DNA from: Planctomycetota bacterium | GTDB lineage: Bacteria; Planctomycetota; UBA1135; UBA2386 | Direction: 5' to 3' | DNA length: 64,000 bases | Assembly (NCBI GenBank): GCA_044230075.1 | Contig: JBGARS010000017.1 | Location: 1-64,000 of the forward strand | In this document: in pieces, positions 1 through 9,243 of the stretch | How the letters are laid out: each line of letters starts with the position of its first letter | Position numbering within the stretch: position 1 is the first letter of the stretch | Notes under the pieces: generated by a model | Seen by the model: the letters and a program-made list of their open reading frames with translations, nothing else | Database searches by the model: none | Told to the model about the DNA's origin: nothing | Made by a program: the position numbers and the translations under genes

Positions 1-1085
1 AGCCGGGCGGTCAGGCTGACCTCGCCGCCCTGCTTGGTGTACTTCAGGGCGTTGCCGACGATGTTGACCATGGCCTGGCGCAGCAGCCGCGTATCGCCGG
101 TCAGGTCGGCCAGATAGTCGCTGATGTCCCACCGCAGGGTGATGCCCTTGCGCTCGGCCAGCGGCCTGTGCAGCGACTGCAGGCTCTCGAACAGGTCGCG
201 CATGTTGACCTGCTCGTGCTTGAACTCGGTGATGCCGGCTTCGATGCGGGCCAGGTCGAGCAGCTCGGCGACCATCTGCGACAGGCGAACGGATTCCTCG
301 TAGGAGACCTTGATCAGCTTGTCGCGGTCCTCGGGCGAGATCGAGTCGGCCTCGTTGGCGAGTTCCAGCGAGGCCTGGATCGCGGTCAGCGGCGTCTTCA
401 GCTCGTGCGACACGCCGTAGATGAACTCGGACTTGGCGCGCGCCGCCCGCTCTTCGGCGGTCCAGTCCTCGAGCACGACGATCTGCAGATGTTGCAGTTC
501 GGGCTGGGTCGGCGCCGGCAGCGACCGGATCAGGTAGACGAAGCGGCGCTCCTCGGCGTCCCACTCGATGCGGCAGGTCTTGACCGAGCGGGCCAGGTCG
601 GCGCCGAGCACCGAGCGGATGCCCTCGACGATCTCGAAGCGGCTCGCGGCCTGCTCGAGGGTCACCCGCACCTGGTCCCCGATCTGCAGGATGCGGCGTG
701 CGGTGACGTTCGCGTAGAGCACGCGCTCGGTGTTGTCGAGCACGACGACCCCGTCCTGCAGCGCCGCGAGCGCGGCCTCTGCCATCTGCGCCTGTGCCGT
801 CACCGTCGTCAGATGCAGGTGCACGTGCTGGTGCCGCGTCAGGCTCTGCCGCTGCCGGCGGACCTGCTCCAGCGCCGTGGCCCAGGGGTCCTGACCCGGT
901 TCCTGGCAATCGGTGGGCGAGCGGCCGAGCGCGTCCCAGAGCGCGGCGAGCGTGTCCTGGCTGCGGCGCGATCGCCGCGGTCCGAACAGCGAGCCCAGTT
1001 TGTGGCCGAGACCGGAACGGCTCGGCGTCGCGGGCAGCGCGGGCGGGGACGGCTGGGACGTGGGAGGTGTCTCTTCGGCGGTCAT
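1..1085 (-). CDS. PAS-domain sensor histidine kinase, 3' end cut by the window edge (HisKA H-box SHELKTPL; HATPase C-terminal part NALKYTKQGG runs off position 1)
   Basis: The reverse-strand translation starting at ATG 1085..1083 reads MTAEETPP...EFIYGVSHELKTPLTAIQ...VNIVGNALKYTKQGGEVSLTA. The start ATG overlaps the TGA stop of the upstream TPR gene (ATGA). A GGAGG sits 7 nt upstream of the ATG. The gene is absent from the ORF track because no stop lies inside the window. Confidence 0.8.
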   Translation of the reverse strand, partial: MTAEETPPTSQPSPPALPATPSRSGLGHKLGSLFGPRRSRRSQDTLAALWDALGRSPTDCQEPGQDPWATALEQVRRQRQSLTRHQHVHLHLTTVTAQAQMAEAALAALQDGVVVLDNTERVLYANVTARRILQIGDQVRVTLEQAASRFEIVEGIRSVLGADLARSVKTCRIEWDAEERRFVYLIRSLPAPTQPELQHLQIVVLEDWTAEERAARAKSEFIYGVSHELKTPLTAIQASLELANEADSISPEDRDKLIKVSYEESVRLSQMVAELLDLARIEAGITEFKHEQVNMRDLFESLQSLHRPLAERKGITLRWDISDYLADLTGDTRLLRQAMVNIVGNALKYTKQGGEVSLTAR

Positions 1086-2308
1086 CGGGATGCCTCCGCG
1101 GGTGCCGCGAGTTGCGGGAAGAGGTGGTCGAGTTCCGTCACGAGTGCCTTGCTGTCGGCCAGCCGGCGCAGCGCGGTCAGTTGACGGCGCGCGGCGTCCA
1201 GGTCGCCGGTGGCGACCAGCGCGGCGGTCAGCAGGCATTGGCTGGCGCCGTTGCCAGGCTGCAGTTGCACCGCGCGCTGCAGCGCGCGCACGGCGGCATG
1301 GTGGCGCTTCTGCAGCAGCAGGATGCGACCGAGGCCGGAGTGGGCGCGGGCGGCGTCGGGCGCCATCACGATCGCGCGCTCGAACTCGGCCTGGGCCGCC
1401 TCGAGGCGCTGCATGCGGAACAGGATCTCGCCGCGCAGCACGCGCAGCGATACGCGGTCGGTCAGCACCGGATCGGTGAACTCGAGTTCGCGCAGCGCCG
1501 CCTCGCAGTCGCCGACCTGCAGATGCGCGATCGCCAGGGTGAGCTGCAGCGACGGGTTCTCCTGCCGGGCTCGCGGCGGCAGCCGGTCGGACAGCGCCAG
1601 TGCATCCGCCGGCGCATGGCTCATCACGGCGCCGAGTGCCATGCCGGTCGCCGCGCTGGCATCGTCGGGCTGGATCGCGAGCGCCTGCTCGAACGCGCTG
1701 GTGGCGTCGTTCCAGTTGCCGACGCCGGCGAGGTGTGCGCCGTGGTCGAGCCGCGCCTCGATGCGGCGCGGGAACCGGGTCGTCAGTTCGTCGCGCAGCG
1801 CCGTGGCCTCGGCGTCGCGGTGCTGCGCGAGCAGCAGCCGGTGCAGGTCGATGCCGGGCCGCGGGTCGTCCCCGGCGGCGTGCTGCGCGCGGCGGTAGGC
1901 GGCTTCGGCGACATCGGGCTGGTTCTTCGCCTCGGCGACGACGCCGAGCGTGCACCAGGCTGCGACCGATTCGGGTTGCAGGTGCAGCAGCATCTGCGCG
2001 GCGTCGCTGGCGGTCGCGAGGTCGCCACCGGACTGCGCGATCTGCGCCAGCAATTCCAGGCTCTTGGCGTCACCGGCGTCGAACTGCACCGCCTGCTGCA
2101 GCAGGCGCTGTGCGCGTTCGTGGTCCTCGGCCTGCAGGCACTGCCGGGCCAGGTCCTGGTACATGCGCGACTTCGCGCTGCGCCAGGCGCCGGCGTCGAG
2201 CGTGTCCTTGCCCCGCGGCGTGGTCGTGCTGCAGGCGGCGAACGACAGGCTCACGCACAGGGCGACCCAAAGGCGCGATGCGAGCCGCGGCAAGGTCGGT
2301 GCATTCAT
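1082..2308 (-). CDS. TPR-repeat outer-membrane lipoprotein, PilF/PilW/Tgl-like secretin pilotin candidate
   Basis: Signal peptide with lipobox LSFAAC. Multiple TPR repeats. AGGAGA RBS 6 nt upstream of ATG 2308. ATGA overlap with pilQ stop. Located immediately downstream of the secretin gene. Confidence 0.7.
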   Translation of the reverse strand: MNAPTLPRLASRLWVALCVSLSFAACSTTTPRGKDTLDAGAWRSAKSRMYQDLARQCLQAEDHERAQRLLQQAVQFDAGDAKSLELLAQIAQSGGDLATASDAAQMLLHLQPESVAAWCTLGVVAEAKNQPDVAEAAYRRAQHAAGDDPRPGIDLHRLLLAQHRDAEATALRDELTTRFPRRIEARLDHGAHLAGVGNWNDATSAFEQALAIQPDDASAATGMALGAVMSHAPADALALSDRLPPRARQENPSLQLTLAIAHLQVGDCEAALRELEFTDPVLTDRVSLRVLRGEILFRMQRLEAAQAEFERAIVMAPDAARAHSGLGRILLLQKRHHAAVRALQRAVQLQPGNGASQCLLTAALVATGDLDAARRQLTALRRLADSKALVTELDHLFPQLAAPAEASR

Positions 2309-3984
2309 CGGTCTTCTCCTTCGGCACGCATCGACTTCAGCACCATCAGCGAACTGGCGGCTTCGTCGTCGGGCAGGTTCTGTAGTGCGAGCTGCTCCAT
2401 CAGTTCGGACCGCAGCACGGCTGCGTCGGCTTCGGTGGGGTTGAGTGCCAGCGCCCGCTCGACGGCACCGAGCGCGCGATTCAGTTCTCCGCGCGCCTGC
2501 AGCACCTGGGCGTCGGCGAGGCAGTTGCGCGCCAGCGCCGGCCGGATGTAGGGCGACAGCGAGTCCCAGTGGCTGCGCTGCACCGCGGCGAAGCGCTGCC
2601 GCGCGGCATCGGCGCGCTGCTTCGCTTCGACCGGGTCGAGGATGTGCGGCGTCAGCAGGATCACCAGTTCGCGGCGGGTCACGGTCTCCTGCGTGCGGCC
2701 GAACAGCCAGCCGAGCAGCGGCAGGCTGCCGAGCAATGGGATCTGGTTGCGCACGGTCGCCACCGATTCGCCGATCAGGCCGCCGAGGATCAGCGTCTGG
2801 CCGTCGCGCATCAGGATCTTGGTGGTGATCTCGGTGGTGTTCTCGGACGGGATGCCGGACACCGGATCGATGACGCCCGCGCTGTTCTGCGGGTGCACGT
2901 CCATGCGGATCCAGCCGTCCTCGCCGATGAACGGCCGGAACTGCAGCTGGGTGCCGGTCTCGAGGAAGTCGACCTGTTCGATCGTGCTGGTCTGCGTCTG
3001 GATGACGGTCGAGTAGCCGAGGCGGCCACCGACGATGATCTGCGCCTGCTCGCCGTTCAACGCGATCACGCGCGGGTTGCTGACGATCGTCGCGTTCGTG
3101 GTCTGCTCGAGCGCTTCGACGAACGCGGCGACGTTGTTCTGGATGAAGCCGAGCGACAGTCCCTGGGTCAGCGGATTGGCGAAGCCGGCCGTCTGGCCGC
3201 TGAACAGGCCGCGGTCGAACTGTGTGCCCGCGGGCTGGTAGCCGGTGACGCCGGTCAGGTCCGACGTGGCGCCGACCTGGTTGAAGTCGATGCCGCCGAG
3301 CACGTTCAGGTCGACGCCGAGCCGGTTGTCCTCGCCGAGGTCGATGCTGAGGATCGTCGCCTCGAGCAGCACCTGCTGCGGCGGCTGGTCGAGTTGGGTG
3401 ATCGTCGTCGCCAGCTTCTCGAGCACGGATGCGTGGTCGCGCACGACGATCGACTGCCGCTGGCCGCTGGTGGTGGAGGTCGCACCGGCCGGCGCAGGGC
3501 TCGCGGTTGCGGTGTCGTCGGCCATCGTCATGCGGCCATCGCTGGACAACAGCGACTGCAGCAGCTTCTGCGCCTGCGTCGTCGTCAGGTGGTTCAGCAC
3601 GAAGACGCGCGTTTCGATCGCGTCCAGGTCGAGCAGCAGCTGGCGCCGCTGGTCGGCCGTCATCACGCGGTACGAGTTGCCCTGCTTGACGAAGTCGAGC
3701 CCCTGCGTGGCGAGGATCTGGTGCAGCGCGTCCTCCAGCGGCACGTCGTAGAGATTGATCGTGACCTTGCCGGTCAACTGTTCGCCGGCGACCAGGCTGA
3801 TGCGGTGCTGCACCGACAGCCCCTGCAGCAGTGTGGCGAGGCTCTCGTCGCGCACGCTGATGGTGATGAGCGGATCGGGTTCCTGCGCGGCCAGCGGCCC
3901 GCTGGCGGCGGCCGCGATGGTCAGCAAGCAGAGCCCGGCGAACGGGTGGCGGCGGGGTGCCTTGGTGGGGGTGGGCTCAGTCAT
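2305..3984 (-). CDS. pilQ: Type IV pilus secretin PilQ (N0/N1 domains plus secretin domain, with a ~110-aa C-terminal TPR-like extension)
   Basis: Signal peptide. Secretin/TonB short N-terminal domain (VRDESLATLLQGL). Secretin C-domain ending LVILLTPHIL. Follows pilMNOP. Confidence 0.85.
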   Translation of the reverse strand: MTEPTPTKAPRRHPFAGLCLLTIAAAASGPLAAQEPDPLITISVRDESLATLLQGLSVQHRISLVAGEQLTGKVTINLYDVPLEDALHQILATQGLDFVKQGNSYRVMTADQRRQLLLDLDAIETRVFVLNHLTTTQAQKLLQSLLSSDGRMTMADDTATASPAPAGATSTTSGQRQSIVVRDHASVLEKLATTITQLDQPPQQVLLEATILSIDLGEDNRLGVDLNVLGGIDFNQVGATSDLTGVTGYQPAGTQFDRGLFSGQTAGFANPLTQGLSLGFIQNNVAAFVEALEQTTNATIVSNPRVIALNGEQAQIIVGGRLGYSTVIQTQTSTIEQVDFLETGTQLQFRPFIGEDGWIRMDVHPQNSAGVIDPVSGIPSENTTEITTKILMRDGQTLILGGLIGESVATVRNQIPLLGSLPLLGWLFGRTQETVTRRELVILLTPHILDPVEAKQRADAARQRFAAVQRSHWDSLSPYIRPALARNCLADAQVLQARGELNRALGAVERALALNPTEADAAVLRSELMEQLALQNLPDDEAASSLMVLKSMRAEGEDR

Positions 3985-4630
3985 GGTCTTGGTCCTGGCC
4001 GAGGGGCGGCGCGGGGAGCGACACGGAGAAGGTCTTGCCGCCGCGGCCGAACACGACGCAGCGTTCCTCGATGGCGACGATGCGACAGCCGTCGACTTCG
4101 TCGCCGGGCCGGTAGGCGCGCCCGCGGATGATCGCCATCGGCGGCTGGTCGGGGCTCAGCAGCAAGGCGGAGGGTTGCAGGTGCGGCGCGGACAGCAGCA
4201 CCGGCTCCGACCGCCTGGTCGTGCCGGCGTCGGGCAGCGTGCCGCTGCGGTCGCCGGGTGGTACTGCGGCCGCGAACGGATCCCCGGCGGCCACCGTCCA
4301 GCGGGGCGTGAACGGTGCCGACAGCGCCTGCAGCCGGCGGGTCAGCAGGCCGGCCTGTGCGACCAGGCCGGACATCGGCAGCGCCGCGGTCTCCGCGCCG
4401 GGTGCGGCCGGCGGCTCGCCGGCGGGAGCGGTGGCCGTCGCGGCCACCGGTGGCGGCACCGGCGACGGTCGCCTGTGGCCGCCCATCAGCGGCAGCCACA
4501 CCACGACCAGCACCGGCACCAGCGCGAGCAGCACGATGTGGCGCGGGGTGAGGCGGCGCTTCGGCCTGCCGGGGCCGGCGGCGCGGGCAACCGGAGCCGA
4601 TGGCGTTGGCGTGATGGCGGTGAAGCTCAT
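3977..4630 (-). CDS. pilP: Pilus assembly protein PilP-like (TM anchor, Pro/Ala-rich linker, C-terminal beta domain)
   Basis: Position between pilO and pilQ. Single N-terminal TM helix. Proline-rich linker. ATGA overlap with pilO. Confidence 0.6.
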   Translation of the reverse strand: MSFTAITPTPSAPVARAAGPGRPKRRLTPRHIVLLALVPVLVVVWLPLMGGHRRPSPVPPPVAATATAPAGEPPAAPGAETAALPMSGLVAQAGLLTRRLQALSAPFTPRWTVAAGDPFAAAVPPGDRSGTLPDAGTTRRSEPVLLSAPHLQPSALLLSPDQPPMAIIRGRAYRPGDEVDGCRIVAIEERCVVFGRGGKTFSVSLPAPPLGQDQDHD

Positions 4631-5145
4631 TCGACGCTCCCGCTGCGCACGACGGTGAACTCGGCGCGGATCTGGATCTGGTCGCCTGCGGGGCGCACCG
4701 AGAGCTCCGTGACCCGCGTCGGCGGGGTGGAGTTCTCGAGGCGGCGCAGCGCGGTGAACAGGTTGCCGAACGGGCCGCTGACGACGATGCGCAGGCGTTG
4801 GTGCGGCCGCGCCAGGTTCTGGTTCCCCGCCAGCGTCTCGGCCTGGTCGACGACCAGCCCCGCCTGTTCGAGCATGGCCTTGATCGCCAGCAGCGGCGGG
4901 TTGCCGACCGGATCGAACCGCAGCTGCGTGTGAAGGTCCGCCTGCCAGAGTTCGAGGGCGTCGACGGCCGTCTGCAGCGCCTTGGTCTGCAACGCCTCGG
5001 CGTTGGCGAGTTCGAATGCCTCGTAGGCGGCGTCGATCTCGCGGTTGCAGGCCTCGATCTGCGCCTGGTGATGGCGCCCGACCGTCGCGTAGTAGGCCGC
5101 GGCGATGCCGCCGAGCGTGACGATCGTCAGCACGATGCGATTCAT
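4627..5145 (-). CDS. pilO: Pilus assembly protein PilO-like (172 aa, internal ATG start chosen)
   Basis: N-terminal TM helix MNRIVLTIVTLGGIAAAYY followed by a coiled-coil/periplasmic domain. The ORF-track N-terminal extension (4627..5775) was rejected because it overlaps pilN. ATG at 5145 is coupled to the pilN stop. Confidence 0.65.
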   Translation of the reverse strand: MNRIVLTIVTLGGIAAAYYATVGRHHQAQIEACNREIDAAYEAFELANAEALQTKALQTAVDALELWQADLHTQLRFDPVGNPPLLAIKAMLEQAGLVVDQAETLAGNQNLARPHQRLRIVVSGPFGNLFTALRRLENSTPPTRVTELSVRPAGDQIQIRAEFTVVRSGSVE

Positions 5146-5723
5146 CGTGGCGCTCCTGCGGGCGTCGCCGCGCCCTGCAGATCCGTCTCCAGGTGGAAGC
5201 TGAACTCGCCGGTGCCGGCGCGGATGTCGGAGCGCTCGCAGCGCATCGGCGGCAGGTCCGGGTTGCTGCGCAGCGCGGTCAGGTACTGGGTGAACTCGGC
5301 CGCCGTCGTGCAGCTGGCCCGCAGCTGGATCATCGGCAGCTTGTCGGCGGCCCAGGGGTCGTGCTGGCACAGCAGCTCCTGGAAGCGCACGCCGGGGGGG
5401 CGGTTCGTCAGCAGCGCATCCAAGAGCCCGGTCATCCGGCTCGCGGCGAGCGGCGCCGAAGCGGCGTCGATGGTTGCCTGCAGGCTCTGGGCGCGTTCGC
5501 TGAGCTGCTTGCTGTCGGCGGCGAGCGCTTTGCCGTAGTCGGCGTTCTCGTGTGCTTTGGCGGCCATGCGCTGCACGCCGCGCACGCGTGCCCGCAGCAG
5601 CAGGTCGGTCGCGATCACCGCCGCGAACACCGGGATCGCCATCAGTGCGAGGTCCCGATTGGCGCGGCGCCGCGCCGTGCGCTGGCGATAGGCCTCGGGC
5701 AACAGGTCGATGGTGTCGCTCAT
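5142..5723 (-). CDS. pilN: Pilus assembly protein PilN-like (193 aa, internal start)
   Basis: Short cytoplasmic N-terminus, then TM helix LALMAIPVFAAVIATDLLL, then periplasmic domain. ATGA overlap with pilM stop at 5720..5723. The long ORF-track N-terminal extension was rejected. Confidence 0.65.
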   Translation of the reverse strand: MSDTIDLLPEAYRQRTARRRANRDLALMAIPVFAAVIATDLLLRARVRGVQRMAAKAHENADYGKALAADSKQLSERAQSLQATIDAASAPLAASRMTGLLDALLTNRPPGVRFQELLCQHDPWAADKLPMIQLRASCTTAAEFTQYLTALRSNPDLPPMRCERSDIRAGTGEFSFHLETDLQGAATPAGAPR

Positions 5724-6748
5724 GCGATCCCTCGCAGCGCCAGCCCGAGCGCCGTGCAATAGTGCGAGCGGCCACCGGCGGTCGAAGCCGTCACCGAGCG
5801 GGTTTCGATCGCTTCGAACGGGTCCGCCAGTTCGGTCGTGATGCCGATGCGGCGACCGAGGTAGGGCGCCAGACCCGGCAGGGCGGCGAGGCCGCCGCTG
5901 AGGCCCATGCGCGTCACGGCGCGACCTTGGAACAGCGAGCCGCAGTAGCGCACGCTGGCCGCGAGCTCGAGCAGCAGCGCCTCGAGCGGCTCGGCAATAG
6001 CGCCGGTGACCGAGTCGTGCAGTTCGTGCTGGTCGGTGCCGGCGTCGCGGCCGAGGTCGAGGATCGCCTCGACGTCCAGCGGCAGCCGCTGCTGCAGCAC
6101 AGCCAGCAGGCTCGCCCCGCCGATCTTCGACTGGCGCAGGAACACCGGTGCGCCGGCACGCACGATCGTGATGCGGGTGTGCCGCTGGCCGATGTCGAGG
6201 TGCAGGAAGCACTCGTCGTGGGAGCGGCGCGCGAACGGTCGCACCTGCGCGCACGGTTCGAGGTCGATCGCCTCGGGCACGAGGCCGGCGGCCTCGGTGA
6301 GTTGGATCAGGTCGTCGATCGCGGCCGCCTTGGCGACGCAGCAGAGGAACTCCCGCTTGGTCTGGCCGTGGTCGAACAGGTCCGCGACCGGGATCGGCAC
6401 GATGCGCAGGTCGCCGGTGGTCTCCGGCTGGTCGAGAACCTGCCGCGTGATGATGTCGCCGGCTTGGTCGATCTTGTCCATCGGCACGCGGATGCGGCGG
6501 GCCTCGAAGTCGGCGAGCCCGAGTGCGACCACGGCGGCGCGGCCGCGGAACGAGCCTTCGCGCAGCACGCGCTGTGCTGCCTCGATGCGGCTGGCGCGGC
6601 GTTCGATCGGTGGGGCGGTCGTCGGCGCCGTCACGCGCGCGAGGTGCGCGCAGCGCACGCGCAGTTGGCCACCGCGGTGCTCGAGTTGCAGCGCCTTGAC
6701 GCTGTGTTCGCCGAAGTCCAGCGCGATGGGCGAGCGGTCACGGGCCAT
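5720..6748 (-). CDS. pilM: Type IV pilus assembly ATPase-fold protein PilM (actin-like)
   Basis: 342 aa. Begins MARDRSPIALDFGEHSVKALQLE, the typical PilM N-terminus. First gene of pilMNOPQ. Confidence 0.8.
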   Translation of the reverse strand: MARDRSPIALDFGEHSVKALQLEHRGGQLRVRCAHLARVTAPTTAPPIERRASRIEAAQRVLREGSFRGRAAVVALGLADFEARRIRVPMDKIDQAGDIITRQVLDQPETTGDLRIVPIPVADLFDHGQTKREFLCCVAKAAAIDDLIQLTEAAGLVPEAIDLEPCAQVRPFARRSHDECFLHLDIGQRHTRITIVRAGAPVFLRQSKIGGASLLAVLQQRLPLDVEAILDLGRDAGTDQHELHDSVTGAIAEPLEALLLELAASVRYCGSLFQGRAVTRMGLSGGLAALPGLAPYLGRRIGITTELADPFEAIETRSVTASTAGGRSHYCTALGLALRGIA

Positions 6749-6855
6749 GGCGGTCCTCGATCGATCCGCCGGTCTTGCTCACTCCATCTGCTCGGGTTGC
6801 CGGGGTGGGCATCGGAGGATCGCCGGGGGGTGGCGCTGGGATCGGGCAGGGCGAC

Positions 6856-7362
6856 TCAGAAGTCGTAGTAGCTCTTGCCGGACGGAGCCTTGAGGCTCGA
6901 GTTCGCGCGCAGCTTGCCGGTCTTCGGCTGGTAGATCCAACCGGTGGTGTCGTCGGCCGCGGGGAACGCAGCGGCGTCGGCGACCACGGTGATCGTGGCC
7001 AGGCCGTTGACCGGGTTCTCCGGGATCGCCTCGCGGATGTAGGGGCCGTAGTCGTAGCCCGCCGTGCCCGGAGCCGCGGTGCTGCAGTCGACCTTGCTCG
7101 CCTGCGTCAGCTGCGCGATCGTCAGCGCTTCCGTCGGCGTGCCGCCGCCAACCGGGTAGCCGGGGTACTTGGCGCGGTGGTTGGTGCGGAAGTACTCGAC
7201 CGAGTTCCGCATCACCGCGAGGTTGGTCTGCAGGTTGCTGGCGCGCGCTTCCTCGGTGCTGTCGGCGAACTGGGGGATCGCGACCGCGGCGAGGATGCCG
7301 AGGATGACGACGACGATCAGGAGTTCGACCAGGGTGAAGCCGAGCTGTTGGAACTTGTGCAT
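6856..7362 (-). CDS. Type IV pilin / prepilin-type N-terminal cleavage-methylation domain protein
   Basis: MHKFQQLG|FTLVELLIVVVILGILAAVAIPQF is a class III signal with a prepilin peptidase site. Internal ATG at 7362 chosen over the ORF-track start at 7443. Confidence 0.75.
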   Translation of the reverse strand: MHKFQQLGFTLVELLIVVVILGILAAVAIPQFADSTEEARASNLQTNLAVMRNSVEYFRTNHRAKYPGYPVGGGTPTEALTIAQLTQASKVDCSTAAPGTAGYDYGPYIREAIPENPVNGLATITVVADAAAFPAADDTTGWIYQPKTGKLRANSSLKAPSGKSYYDF

Positions 7363-7450
7363 GTGATGCTCTCGATAGCAGACACGGGAGACATCGACCT
7401 GGGTTCGCGGCGGCCTTGAGGGCTTTCGCTTCGGCCTGCGCAACCGCGGG

Positions 7451-7993
7451 CTACGGCGCGGTGATCACGATCCGGCCCGTGACGGCCTGGACCCGGATCC
7501 GCAGCGTGAAGGCGCCGAGCCGCAGGTCGACCAGGCCGCCGTCCTGCGGCGTGCCGTCGGTGGCGAACACGAGCCGCGGGCGGCCGCCGAAGTCGGCGGC
7601 GGTCAGGGTCACGTCGCCGAAGCCGAGGCGTCCGCTCGATTCCGCGGCCAGCAGCCGATCGACGGCCGTCGTGTCCAGGGCGACGAGCAGGCGCAGAGGA
7701 ACTTCGCTGACCTTGGGTGTGGTGCCGTCGGCGATCACGAACCGGGACTGGTTCTGCGCGACGTCGAACAGCAGGCCGAACGGCACCCGGGTCTCGATCG
7801 CCAGGCTCTGCGCTTCCAGCATGTCGGCGACCAGCGCGCGCGCGGTGGCATCGAGCTTGCGTTCGTCGTTGTCGAGGATCTGTACGCCGACCGCCGTGAC
7901 GATGCCGAGCACGACGACCACCAGCATCAACTCGACGAACGAGAAGCCGGCGCTGCGGCCAGCGCTGGCGCGCGTGGGACGGGATCCGACCAT
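7451..7993 (-). CDS. Pseudopilin / minor pilin (prepilin-type N-terminal domain, GspH/FimT-like)
   Basis: SAGFSFVELMLVVVVLGIVTAVGV prepilin motif. Internal ATG at 7993. Confidence 0.7.
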   Translation of the reverse strand: MVGSRPTRASAGRSAGFSFVELMLVVVVLGIVTAVGVQILDNDERKLDATARALVADMLEAQSLAIETRVPFGLLFDVAQNQSRFVIADGTTPKVSEVPLRLLVALDTTAVDRLLAAESSGRLGFGDVTLTAADFGGRPRLVFATDGTPQDGGLVDLRLGAFTLRIRVQAVTGRIVITAP

Positions 7994-8083
7994 GGCAGCG
8001 ATATCGGCCCGCCGGCGGCGGTGACTGCTGTCGTTGTCGGGTTCGGCTCGCCGCCCGGGCCGGCGAATGCCGATCAAGCGGGC
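7994..8083. promoter_or_regulatory. Divergent intergenic region between the pseudopilin gene (minus) and the PilX-N-like gene (plus); probable promoters
   Basis: 90-bp non-coding gap between divergently oriented starts. No specific -35/-10 could be assigned confidently. Confidence 0.3.
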
Positions 8084-9220
8084 ATGTCTGCGCGCCTCGA
8101 ACAAGTCGCGGGACCTCGTGCTGGTGAACGCGGGGCGATCCTGCTGATCGTGCTGATCCTATCGGTCACCATCAGCCTGTTGTCGATGGCGTTGATCGCG
8201 ACGGCCGAGGTGTCACTGCGGGCCGAGGCCAATGGCGACGACCTCGAACGCGCTGAACACGGCGCGCGGTCGGGTGTCGAGTGGGCAGCGGCGGTGGTCA
8301 AGAAGGCGGGCGTGCTGGCGTTCCAGGCGACGACGACGCTGGACTCCGGCGTGGTCGTGACCTGCCAGGCGCGGTTGCTCGGCTCGCCGCGCCTGCTCGG
8401 CAAGGGTGTCAGCAATGGCGTCACCGTGACGGTCGGCGCCGATCTCCTGGTGCTGGAGGACACGCGCCCGTACGCGTTCCTGAGTTTCGCCGACACCAAC
8501 TCGCCGCGGCATGCGGTGACGGTCGACGGCATGGCGTACCTCGGCGAAGCGGGCACACCGCTGAACACGAGTTCGATACTGCAGATGGCCGGCGATCTGG
8601 ACCTCGTCAGCACCACGACCTTGGCACCGGGCCAGGTCTCGCGCACGGGCGGCACGACGAACTACGGCGTCGCCGCGCTGAGCGCGCCAGCATGGGACAC
8701 GACCTCGTTCACGCTGTCGGGCAACTGGACGGTGCCGTACCGTTCGGTCTCCGGCACGACGACGATCAAGGACCAGACCATCAACGGTCTGCTGGTGGCG
8801 ACGCTGGCGGCGGGGCAGACGCTGACGCTCGACAACGTGATCCTCAACGGCACCCTGGTCGTGCCTTGGACCTATCCGCCGTTGCTCGAACTGCTCGGCA
8901 CACCGACGATCACCTTGAAGGGGGCGACCATCGTCGGCGGCACCGCCGAGACCGGCAACCTCGCGGTGCTGGCCCCGGGCTGCCTGCTGCAGGGCAACAA
9001 CCCGACTTCCGGGTCGATCACCGGGGTGTGCTACGTGCGCCAACTGGACGGGCTCCGGGCGCTCGACGTCGGCGGCAAGATGCTGGTGCGCAAGGCGATG
9101 GTGGGCAGTACCGGGTCGCCGATCACGTTCCGGCGGGCCGCCGACTTCCTGCCCGATGTCCCGGTCGGCATCCAGCAGGCGGGCAACCAGATGGCGATCC
9201 GCTGGCTCGGCCGCCAGTGA
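8084..9220 (+). CDS. PilX N-terminal domain pilus-associated protein (large minor-pilin-like protein)
   Basis: MSARLEQVAGPRAGERGAILLIVLILSVTISLLSMALIATAEVS resembles the PilX_N hydrophobic N-terminus. The remainder is Thr/Gly-rich, beta-rich repeats. ATG at 8084 chosen inside ORF 8021..9220. Confidence 0.5.
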   Translation: MSARLEQVAGPRAGERGAILLIVLILSVTISLLSMALIATAEVSLRAEANGDDLERAEHGARSGVEWAAAVVKKAGVLAFQATTTLDSGVVVTCQARLLGSPRLLGKGVSNGVTVTVGADLLVLEDTRPYAFLSFADTNSPRHAVTVDGMAYLGEAGTPLNTSSILQMAGDLDLVSTTTLAPGQVSRTGGTTNYGVAALSAPAWDTTSFTLSGNWTVPYRSVSGTTTIKDQTINGLLVATLAAGQTLTLDNVILNGTLVVPWTYPPLLELLGTPTITLKGATIVGGTAETGNLAVLAPGCLLQGNNPTSGSITGVCYVRQLDGLRALDVGGKMLVRKAMVGSTGSPITFRRAADFLPDVPVGIQQAGNQMAIRWLGRQ

Positions 9221-9222
9221 AG

Positions 9223-9243
9223 GCCGCGCTTCACGCGCGCGGC
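9223..9243. terminator. Candidate bidirectional hairpin between the convergent PilX-N-like and flotillin genes
   Basis: Inverted repeat GCCGCGC (9223-9229) / GCGCGGC (9237-9243) with a 7-nt loop, overlapping the flotillin stop codon. GC-rich, no clear U-tract. Confidence 0.25.

Noticed and set aside
794-2551. Very long ORFs in the track running antisense or out of frame across real genes (for example 794..2551 +, 2569..4131 +, 9031..11637 -, 9156..12539 +, 16014..17132 -, 22160..23560 -, 30208..32487 -)
   Set aside because: They are Arg/Ala/Pro/Gly-dominated translations typical of 70% GC DNA read in the wrong frame. They overlap well-supported genes with clear domain motifs on the other strand or frame. 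No independent support.
4627-6254. N-terminal extensions of pilO (to 5775) and pilN (to 6254) as given in the ORF track
   Set aside because: The extensions overlap the upstream pil genes and are Arg/Pro-rich junk. Internal ATGs at 5145 and 5723 give canonical TM-anchored PilO/PilN and ATGA coupling.
7363-7450. Weak GC-rich inverted repeat (GGCC...GGCC around 7420-7445) between the pilin and pseudopilin genes as a terminator
   Set aside because: Stem is short and imperfect, with no U-tract. Could equally be a promoter region for the pilin gene.
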